Of a DNA stretch of 24,362 bases, positions 7,200 to 14,271 are shown one piece after another (position 1 is the stretch's first letter; each line of letters starts with the position of its first letter). Position numbers and translations under genes: made by a program. This stretch comes from Thermodesulfobacteriota bacterium (GTDB lineage Bacteria > Desulfobacterota > Desulfobulbia > Desulfobulbales > SURF-16). The stretch lies in contig JBDLIE010000039.1 in the NCBI GenBank assembly GCA_039715015.1, positions 1 through 24,362 on the forward strand, in the 5' to 3' direction. The notes beneath the pieces were generated by a model. It was not told the DNA's origin and made no database searches. It saw only the letters and a program-made list of their open reading frames with translations.

Positions 7200-9514
7200 T
7201 ACGCTTTCTCCAGCCGAACGGCACATTTTTTATAATCAGGCTGCTTTGAGATGGGGCAAAAAGCATCCAGGGTAACCTCGTTGATCTTGTACGACTCATC
7301 AAAAAACGGCACAAAAACCTGACCGCGCGTCGGTACGCCCCGGCCATTGATGGAGGCCTTCATGGTCACCGAGCCCCGCCTGGAGATGATTTTCACCTTT
7401 TCACCGTTTACGATGCCGAGATCGGCGGCATCCTCAGGGTTTAATTCCACATAAGATTCAGGCACGGCATTATGGAGCACAGGAACCCGGCGGGTCATGG
7501 AACCGGTATGCCAATGCTCGATAACCCGGCCGGTGTTGAGCCAGAAGTTGTACTCCTGATCCGGGGACTCGGCAGCCGGTTCGTAGGGCCGGGCCCAGAT
7601 CCAGGCCTTACCGTCTTTTTTGCCGTAGAAATCAAAATCCGTGCCTTTCTTACAGGCCGGGTCATGCTTGCTATTGAAGCGCCAGCGGGTCTCCTTGCCG
7701 TCAACAAAGGGCCATTGTACGCCGGAGCGGGCCTTCAGCACCTCGTAGGACGCCATATTATGCTTGGGATTGTCATGGAAGCGTCGGTATTCTTCCCAAA
7801 TTTTACCAATATACTCATCTTTTCCCCAGGGGAACTGCTTCTTAAATCCGAGCCTTCTGGCAACCTCGATAATCTGCCAGGTGTCGGACATTGTGTCGCC
7901 GGGGCCCGGGACGATCTCGTCAAAATGCTGGGTCCGGCGTTCGGAGTTGCCATACATGCCCTCCTGCTCAACCCACATGGATGCCGGCAGAATAACATCG
8001 GCAACATCAGTGGTCGGGGTCGGGTAGACATCGGAAACAACAACAAAACGGTCATCTTTTAAGGCCCCATCCCGGTAGCGGTTCAGATTGGGCATGGTGA
8101 TCATCGGGTTGGTCACCTGGATCCACATGAACTTGATATCACCACGGTCCAGGGCGCGAAACATCTCCACCGTGTGGTAGGTGGGTTTGGGATCAATGGA
8201 ACCGGTAGGTAAGTCCCAAATCTTCTCTGCCTTGTCGCGGGCTGCCTTCTTCATGACTACGCCGTAGGGCAGTTTATGGGTCAAGGTACCTACCTCACGC
8301 ACTGTGCCGCAGGCGCTTGGTTGACCGGTAAGGGAGAAGGGGCTGTTGCCGGGTGTGGAGATCTTGCCGGTGAGGAGATGGATGTTGTAGACGAGATTGT
8401 TGATCCAGGTGCCGCGCACATGCTGATTCATCCCCATACACCAAAACGAGGTGACCTTCTTGGTGGGATCACCATACAGAGATGCCATGTATTTGATGTC
8501 TTTGGCGGAAACGCCGGAGATTCTTTCTACCTTTTCCGGGGTGTAGTCTTTCAAAAAGGCCTTGTACTGCTTAAAGGAGATATCCTCGGCCTTATCCTTG
8601 AACTTGAAATGATCTTCGGTGCCATAGCCGATATTGGTTTTTCCCTTGTGAAAGGTGGTGTGTTTTTTGACAAAGTCCCAGTTGACCCAGTCGTTGCGAA
8701 TGATTTCGTAACAGATAGCGTTGGCAATCGCTAGATCGGTACTGGGTTTAAAGAGAATCGACTTATCGGCGGCCTGGCTTGTTCTGGTGCTCCGGGTGGC
8801 AAAGTCGATAATGGTAACATCTTTCTTTCGTTTACGGCTGGCCAGCATCCGTGAAAAAAGAACGGGATGCATTTCCGCCATATTGTTACCCCAGGTTACA
8901 AAAACATCGGCATGCTCGATATCCTCATAGCAGCCCATGGGTTCGTCGATACCAAAACTGGTCATGAAACCAGTTACCGCACTGGCCATACAGAGCCTTG
9001 CATTGGCCTCAACATTATTGGTGCCAAGGCAGCCCTTAAACAGTTTGGAGGCAACATAACCATCTGGAATGGTCCACTGACCGGAGCCGTACATGGCAAC
9101 TGAGTCCTTGCCATGTTTTTTGATGGTCTCCTTCATCTTGGCAGCGATGACATCCAGGGCCTCCTTGATGGGTACCTCGACCATCTTTTTGCCCTTGCGA
9201 ATTTTGGCCTTGGTGATGCGGTCTTTACCGTAAAGGGCCTGGACGGAATGGAAACCTTTTACACAGCATAAACCCTTATTGACACTACAATTAGGATCAC
9301 CCTTAACAGCCACGGCCTTGTTTCCCAAAACACCAACCAGGACACCACAGCCGGTTCCACAGAAACGGCAAGGGGCTTTTTTCCAGGTAATGCCATATGC
9401 ACCTTTTATTTTCTTCCAATCGGCAAAGCTGATACCGGGAAAGAGTGACCCTGCAGCGGCAATGGCGCTGCTTACAGCGGCAGACTTAATGAATGTTCTT
9501 CTTTTTAGCTTCAT
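7199..9514 (-). CDS. napA: Periplasmic nitrate reductase catalytic subunit NapA
   Basis: Tat signal KRRTFIK; 4Fe-4S motif CRFCGTGC...CVKG; GQWT; Mo-ligand Cys in NARLCMASA; SLTGQPSACGTVREVG; TGRVIEHWHTGSMT; C-terminal CPISKQPDYKKCAV. Start at ATG 9514 after RBS GAGG. Confidence 0.96.
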   Translation of the reverse strand: MKLKRRTFIKSAAVSSAIAAAGSLFPGISFADWKKIKGAYGITWKKAPCRFCGTGCGVLVGVLGNKAVAVKGDPNCSVNKGLCCVKGFHSVQALYGKDRITKAKIRKGKKMVEVPIKEALDVIAAKMKETIKKHGKDSVAMYGSGQWTIPDGYVASKLFKGCLGTNNVEANARLCMASAVTGFMTSFGIDEPMGCYEDIEHADVFVTWGNNMAEMHPVLFSRMLASRKRKKDVTIIDFATRSTRTSQAADKSILFKPSTDLAIANAICYEIIRNDWVNWDFVKKHTTFHKGKTNIGYGTEDHFKFKDKAEDISFKQYKAFLKDYTPEKVERISGVSAKDIKYMASLYGDPTKKVTSFWCMGMNQHVRGTWINNLVYNIHLLTGKISTPGNSPFSLTGQPSACGTVREVGTLTHKLPYGVVMKKAARDKAEKIWDLPTGSIDPKPTYHTVEMFRALDRGDIKFMWIQVTNPMITMPNLNRYRDGALKDDRFVVVSDVYPTPTTDVADVILPASMWVEQEGMYGNSERRTQHFDEIVPGPGDTMSDTWQIIEVARRLGFKKQFPWGKDEYIGKIWEEYRRFHDNPKHNMASYEVLKARSGVQWPFVDGKETRWRFNSKHDPACKKGTDFDFYGKKDGKAWIWARPYEPAAESPDQEYNFWLNTGRVIEHWHTGSMTRRVPVLHNAVPESYVELNPEDAADLGIVNGEKVKIISRRGSVTMKASINGRGVPTRGQVFVPFFDESYKINEVTLDAFCPISKQPDYKKCAVRLEKA

Positions 9515-9736
9515 GTTTTCCTCTTTTTCTCCCAATTGATTTGGTAACAGTTTCACCAAGGGCTTTGAGGGTATCAAGGTAGCCTTTAAACTTGACAAAA
9601 CTCAGCACTTGATAAGAGTTGCCAGCGGCGCAGAGATGTACGTGGTGGGATGAGCGACAACAGAGAGGGATCGTTAGGTCTGGCTCTGTAAGCCACTGTG
9701 AATACGTCTAAGTGAAGAGCTGGCGGACTCTTTTTT

Positions 9737-9970
9737 TTACTGTTCAGCATTATGACCAAAGGTCATGCTTATCGATTGCAACGATGATAATTTTTTCAGT
9801 CTTTGGTGAAGCTTTTTTTCTGCTGTTTCATCAGGGGTATCTGTCACGAGAACAACAACCTCTTTATTTTCGGCTGGAACGACCTCGCAGTACTCCATAG
9901 CAGAAAGATCAGCACATAATTGTTCCTTTGCCCCTGTCTGGGGTAGTACCAAAAAACTCAAAATCGGCAT
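9737..9970 (-). CDS. napD: NapD signal-peptide chaperone
   Basis: 77-aa protein with a ferredoxin-like beta-alpha-beta pattern (MPILSFLVLP...CEVVPAENKEVVVLVTDT...LQSISMTF); GGAGG RBS; directly upstream of napA. Confidence 0.82.
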   Translation of the reverse strand: MPILSFLVLPQTGAKEQLCADLSAMEYCEVVPAENKEVVVLVTDTPDETAEKKLHQRLKKLSSLQSISMTFGHNAEQ

Positions 9971-10083
9971 AAAACCTCCATGGATTTATATTGTCTCTCT
10001 CTAAAGGTAATCGAGACTGAGTTGCTATTTTTAAAGCCTATCATAGTAGAAATTTGGATACAATTTTTAATACAGATCGATAT

Positions 10084-10099
10084 AGCAAACCACATGCCA
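10084..10099 (-). promoter_or_regulatory. Sigma-54 (RpoN) -24/-12 promoter of the nap operon
   Basis: Minus strand reads TGGCATGTGGTTTGCT, matching TGGCAC-N5-TTGCW with exact GG-N10-GC spacing, about 115 bp upstream of napD. Confidence 0.82.
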
Positions 10100-10117
10100 T
10101 TGTTTTTTCTTGCGTAA

Positions 10118-10130
10118 ATTCAAATAATTA
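10118..10130. promoter_or_regulatory. IHF-like binding site
   Basis: ATTCAAATAATTA has one mismatch to WATCAANNNNTTR and lies in the AT-rich tract between the sigma-54 promoter and the upstream repeats. Confidence 0.5.
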
Positions 10131-10153
10131 AAGCAGTAAGCTTAATTCTTTTT

Positions 10154-10203
10154 GTTACCGGCAGGTATCGCGGAATGATGGCGGCGTTACCGGCAGGTAG
10201 CGC
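10154..10203. promoter_or_regulatory. Paired upstream activator-like boxes
   Basis: GTTACCGGCAGGTATCGC (10154-10171) and GTTACCGGCAGGTAGCGC (10186-10203), 32 bp apart, each with the dyad TACC-N4-GGTA. Confidence 0.65.
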
Positions 10204-10316
10204 CGGGCAGGTGGCGCGTTAAGGGGAGCTACAATGTCAAAAGAAATGAGAGATCAAAAGTGTATATAACGTTGCAACAATGAGGAGCGAGACCTCAGAT
10301 CAGGCCCCTTTTTTGG

Positions 10317-10649
10317 GGGTCAGCACGGATGACCGTGGAAAGCGGCTTTGATCTTTAGGAAAAAGTAGTCTTCGTCTCGGTATCCGTATGCCATTCTTTT
10401 AATAACCTTGATCTTGTTGTTGGTTCCTTCAATGCAACTGGTGTGTAGTCGATTTTGCAGCTGCCAGGATTCCTCTGAGATAAGGCTTAAGACGTTTGGC
10501 AAAAAGCATGAGTGGGGCGGATTACTTTACTCGGCTTGCCGCAGCCATGTTCTCCAGCGATGACATGCTGTCCAGATCGTGGGCGCTCTCCAAATCGACT
10601 TTAACTGTTCGGCTAAAATGTATAGCGTTGATAAAGGTTGATTGGCCTT
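10317..10649 (-). pseudogene. ISL3-family transposase C-terminal remnant with frameshifts and an in-frame stop
   Basis: Stitched frames read KANQPLSTLYILAEQLKSIW...WRTWLRQAE*S / APLMLFAKRLKPYLRGILAAAK / RLHTSCIEGTNNKIKVIKRMAYGYRDEDYFFLKIKAAF, which is the ISL3 C-terminal signature (EGxNNKIKVIKRxAYGYRD). Confidence 0.88.
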
Positions 10650-11042
10650 TTTCGCTTATTCTCTTCACATGTTGTAGAGCCTATCCCCTCTCGGGCAAGA
10701 GGTATTATCAATCGCATTTCTCAAAAAAAATCATACTGTCCGTAAAGGATCGGTGTTGCGCAAAATATAGGTCAGCAATAATTTTGCATTGTGTCATAAG
10801 TGCCTATTTTTAATCGCCCTGGCAAATTGACACCCATGGGCGGCGAAGGTGCATAAATTGCTGATCTGGCTGCCTACATAAATCCCAATACTTTCCTCTG
10901 CTTAAAAGTGCGCAAATTTAGGGTAGCCATAAAATCAACTTGTTTAGACAAGTCCCGTTGTGATAACCTAACAGAATAGTAGCCTTGGTGGGGTTGCACC
11001 CCTCTTCAGCATTTCAACTTATTAACGCAAAGGAGACGAACA

Positions 11043-11258
11043 ATGACTATAAAACGTTTTGGAGTCGCTGCCTTATTGCTCAGTGCTATGGCGCTCACCA
11101 CAACCGGTTGTGGTATGATGGAGAGCAGTGAGGAACACGGGGTCAAGATGACAGGAGAAGAGCATAGGAAAAAGTTTCCCGAGGGCCATGAAAAGGGTAA
11201 GGGAACGAACTGTTATTATGACAGGTATAACGATACTTTCCTTTGTAAATATAAATAA
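11043..11258 (+). CDS. Small hypothetical lipoprotein
   Basis: Strong RBS AAGGAG; basic N-terminus, hydrophobic core and lipobox-like TTGC; mature part has a C-x10-C pair; followed by a terminator. Confidence 0.75.
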   Translation: MTIKRFGVAALLLSAMALTTTGCGMMESSEEHGVKMTGEEHRKKFPEGHEKGKGTNCYYDRYNDTFLCKYK

Positions 11259-11336
11259 TGAAAGGCCTTTGACGTAATGGCCTTCTAAAGAAGTAATCAA
11301 CCACGGCTTCTTTTTTTGGGACATTGTCTCAAGAAG

Positions 11337-11380
11337 AAAATACCCGCAATAGGCATTTGCCCATTGCGGGTATTTTTTTT
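11337..11380 (+). terminator. Rho-independent terminator (possibly bidirectional)
   Basis: AAAATACCCGCAATAGGC-ATTT-GCCCATTGCGGGTATTTTTTTT. Confidence 0.8.
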
Positions 11381-11460
11381 ACGAAAAGTCATGGGCCATG
11401 ATGCTATCGATAACAAGCTAGATCATGCGGCTGTGGCAGGTCGCGGCACACTAAGCCAAG

Positions 11461-11562
11461 GCCTCGCCTTTGTTTCAACTCATGGCTGATAATAATGAGC
11501 AGTTCGAGCAGGAGTGTGCAGATAGATTTGTCCGGCAATACGGATTTAGCCGGTCAGTGGTC
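11461..11562 (+). pseudogene. Probable IS91-family-like transposase N-terminal remnant
   Basis: The frame from 11461 reads ASPLFQLMADNNEQFEQECADRFVRQYGFSRSVV. This resembles, from memory, the segment preceding the zinc-binding CG..GF motif in IS91-like transposases. The similarity stops abruptly. Confidence 0.5.
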
Positions 11563-11794
11563 GGCGGTGTTGACTCCGGCCGGGACGTTAAACGAGCTGG
11601 ATTTTGAGGTGATGAACAACCCCGAGATTGTGGCAGAAATTGCTGCAGCCAACGAGCGCATTCCGGTGAAGCTCAGGAATGGGCAGGTTGCCGACCTCAT
11701 GGAGTTTCTTCGGGCCTTGACCGATCCGGCCAGTATTGATCTGCGGGGAAACATTCCCTGGACAGTTCCAAGCGGTGAATCCCTGGTTGATTAG
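11561..11794 (+). pseudogene. C-terminal fragment of a di-heme cytochrome c peroxidase/MauG-family gene
   Basis: LDFEVMNNPEIVAEIAAANE...LRNGQVADLMEFLRALTDPASIDLRGNIPWTVPSG resembles the family C-terminus (DLvaFLxALTDP...VPSG). No CxxCH or signal peptide remains. Confidence 0.62.
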
Positions 11795-11864
11795 TAGTTG
11801 CTTTTAGTAAAACATTTATAAATGTTTAAGGTTTGCACCGTGCTTGGGGAAAACAGCAGGGGGC

Positions 11865-12003
11865 ATGGCTCGCAAAGCCAAACGGGCAAGATTAAAACTA
11901 ACAACTGGGCAGCAAGGCAAGCTCAAACAACTCAGCACTTCGCGCAAAGCCCCATTGCGAGAAGGGCAAACAAAGGGGCTAAGTTTTGCTGCATGAGGCA
12001 GGC
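11865..12003 (+). pseudogene. IS630-family-like transposase N-terminal remnant
   Basis: ATG at 11865 gives MARKAKRARLKLTTGQQGKLKQLSTSRKAPLRE; after a frameshift the sequence continues QRG*VLLHEAG. This resembles the IS630 N-terminus (L...SRxAPxRxxxRAxILL). Confidence 0.6.
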
Positions 12004-12043
12004 TGAACTCTAATGTCGCAAATACAAAAAACCAACCCTTTAA

Positions 12044-13627
12044 CTAGAGCTGAATGACCAGCAGATTGAGGAGACCGATCAGAAAGCCGAGGAGGGCACC
12101 GAAGAGGTTGATGTATTTGAACTGCTCCTCCATGATCGACATGAGCAGGCCTTCCAGGCGCAGAAGGTCAAGGCCGTCTACCTTGCGGGTGACAAGTTCC
12201 TTGATGTTAAGGAGATCCACCAGATCGGGGACCTCGCGGATGAGCAGGTCGCTGATCTGGTCACGGGCGTAGTCTCCCATGCTTACCTGGACCTCGGGGG
12301 AGAGGATGTCGGTCAGCCTGCCGATGGGGTGGCCCAGCAGTTTTTTCTCGATGTGTTCAATGATCAGGGTGTCGATCAGTTTTTTCACTCGGGCTGAGCG
12401 CATGGTGCTGATAATCTTGTCAGCCAGCCATTTTTTACTGGAGTCCAGGCCCTGGGGACCGAAAATCTCGCCAGCTATCTCTTCAATGGTTCGTTGATCC
12501 TGGCTGGCCAGGGCCTCTTTAAGAAGGGCTGTCAGGCTTTCGGCTGTCTTTGGGTGGTGGAGAAGCGCTGCTATCTGGGTGAGAATATCTTCTAATAATT
12601 GCTCTTTTTTGTCATTGCTGATCCCGTCCAGGAATTGAGAGAAGGGAGTGGCAAGAAATTCCCGCACCTTATCGGTTAAAATTGTCGCCACTTTCTCTTG
12701 AATGGTGTCATTGGCCAGCCACTCCCCGATTTCATCACCCTTCTCGGTGAGAAAACTGCTGACCTTTTCCTCGATCAACTCCGGGCTTAAAAAACCGCTT
12801 ACCATGGCAGCCAGAGGACCCAGAGAGGCGGTGAAGTTGCCGATTGCAGCGCAGATGGAAGAGGCGATACGCTGCTGCATTTCCGGTTCTTGGACAACCC
12901 CGGCTAGCTTGCCGAGGATGGCAGGGGCCTCCTGCTGGAGGCGCTCACAGACATAATTGATGACGTCGTCAGGGATAAGGTCGGCAGGGGATTTGCCGGC
13001 CTTGATAAAATCATCAATTTTCCCGCTGATAAGACCCCGCAGCCATTCTTCGAGGCGGGGATGGCTAAGGAGGGTGGCGGCTGTCTGCTCCAGAAAGGAG
13101 TAGAAATGTTCCCGGTTGCTGTCAGGAAAGGCCTCCTGAAAGGTGGATTTAAGAAACTCGTCCACTCTGTCGCGGAGGGTGGCGGATATTACCTCGGTAA
13201 ACTCGTCGCTTTCCAGATATTGGTGGAGCTGGTCGATAAAACGCCAGCGCAGAACCTTGACCGTGGCCAGAAAATAAGAGGAAAAGCGCTGTGGAATAAT
13301 GGCCGTGATGGGGCCCAGGTCCTTTTGGAGAAGATCCTCCAAACGGCTATCAATGAGATCGGCCAGCTCTTTTTGGAATTTCTCACTTTCAATGGCATTG
13401 CCGATATCGCCGGAGGTGAGCAGATGAGAACCCACCATGTCACCAATATTGCGGGCCAGATCATGGCGTTTTGAAGGGATAACGCCAGGAGTCATCGGCA
13501 CCCTGATCCCCAGGAATTTCCAGGGTCTAAGGGGGCGGAAAAGCATCTTGATGGCGACATAGTTGGTCATGTAGCCAATAAAGGCGCCCAGGGCAGGGGG
13601 GGCAAGGTAGACGAGAGATACGGGCAT
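12044..13627 (-). CDS. DUF445-family membrane protein (YheB-like)
   Basis: N-terminal GAFIGYMTNYVAIKMLFRP...PGVIP and C-terminal LEGLLMSIMEEQFKYINLFGALLGFLIG, with a long helical middle. Confidence 0.88.
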   Translation of the reverse strand: MPVSLVYLAPPALGAFIGYMTNYVAIKMLFRPLRPWKFLGIRVPMTPGVIPSKRHDLARNIGDMVGSHLLTSGDIGNAIESEKFQKELADLIDSRLEDLLQKDLGPITAIIPQRFSSYFLATVKVLRWRFIDQLHQYLESDEFTEVISATLRDRVDEFLKSTFQEAFPDSNREHFYSFLEQTAATLLSHPRLEEWLRGLISGKIDDFIKAGKSPADLIPDDVINYVCERLQQEAPAILGKLAGVVQEPEMQQRIASSICAAIGNFTASLGPLAAMVSGFLSPELIEEKVSSFLTEKGDEIGEWLANDTIQEKVATILTDKVREFLATPFSQFLDGISNDKKEQLLEDILTQIAALLHHPKTAESLTALLKEALASQDQRTIEEIAGEIFGPQGLDSSKKWLADKIISTMRSARVKKLIDTLIIEHIEKKLLGHPIGRLTDILSPEVQVSMGDYARDQISDLLIREVPDLVDLLNIKELVTRKVDGLDLLRLEGLLMSIMEEQFKYINLFGALLGFLIGLLNLLVIQL

Positions 13628-13632
13628 ATTTC

Positions 13633-14241
13633 TTACTTGGTGTTTCTTTTTTTCATTTGGCAGACCCAGTTCATGGCTGGGACAGCTTCATGTTCAAAAT
13701 CAAAATGGTGGGCTTTGAGGGAGACGATCTTGAAATAGGGCTCGGTGGCCATGCTGATTTCACTGGCCGACAGCTTAGGCGGTCCTGGCCCTTCCCTGGT
13801 TTCATCTCTGTTGCCGATGAGTGACAGCCATATGCCGTCATCACAGAGAATTCTGGCAATCTTTTTCGCAAAGGCCAGGCGCCTGTCGTGCTCACGGAAA
13901 TGGTGGAAACAGCCACGGTCAAAGGCAAAATCAAAGGAGGCAGCAGCAATATCCTCCATGAGGAAGTCTTTGTTGATAAAGCTGCAGCTCACTCCGGCGG
14001 CAGCGGCTTTTTGCTGGGCTTCTTTGATGGCAAGGGGGGAAAGATCATAGCCTGTGGCCTGAAAATTCTGCTGGGCCAACCAGATAGTGTTACTGCCGGT
14101 GCCGCAACCGATATCAATGGCGCGGCAGGGGGGAAGGCCATATTCTTGGACAAAGTCCATGAGGCTCTGGTCGGAGCGATGGATTTCCCAGGGGGTGTTA
14201 CCCGTCTTGTAACGCTCGTCAAAATCGATGTCAGGTGCCAT
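13633..14241 (-). CDS. Class I SAM-dependent methyltransferase (TPMT/TehB-like)
   Basis: RYKTGNTPWE; motif I AIDIGCGTG; GYDLSPLAI; FDFAFDRGCFHH. Confidence 0.88.
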   Translation of the reverse strand: MAPDIDFDERYKTGNTPWEIHRSDQSLMDFVQEYGLPPCRAIDIGCGTGSNTIWLAQQNFQATGYDLSPLAIKEAQQKAAAAGVSCSFINKDFLMEDIAAASFDFAFDRGCFHHFREHDRRLAFAKKIARILCDDGIWLSLIGNRDETREGPGPPKLSASEISMATEPYFKIVSLKAHHFDFEHEAVPAMNWVCQMKKRNTK

Positions 14242-14271
14242 AGGCGACAGATGTTTTCCTTATTACTTTGT

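Noticed and set aside
7199..9514. Alternative identity for the molybdoenzyme (formate dehydrogenase, selenoprotein or another reductase)
   Set aside because: The Mo ligand is a TGT Cys with no in-frame TGA, NapA-specific motifs are present, and napD and a napB-like gene flank it.
10154..10216. Direct repeats as a mini-CRISPR or NarL 7-2-7 sites
   Set aside because: There are only two good 18-bp copies with a 14-bp spacer and no cas genes; the dyad spacing (N4) differs from the NarL/NarP arrangement.
10496..10813. 105-aa plus-strand ORF, and a 48-aa minus-strand ORF in the same area
   Set aside because: They overlap the ISL3 remnant, which explains the sequence in another frame; no RBS or motif support.
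9599..11940. 12-bp match AACTCAGCACTT at 9599-9610 and 11929-11940
   Set aside because: Exact 12-mer matches are expected by chance in 24 kb, and the flanks do not extend the match.
11822..12013. 63-aa ORF, and a possible c-di-GMP riboswitch suggested by GCAAAGCC and GGGCAAA words
   Set aside because: The order and spacing do not fit the GEMM consensus, and the region is better explained as an IS630-like N-terminus.
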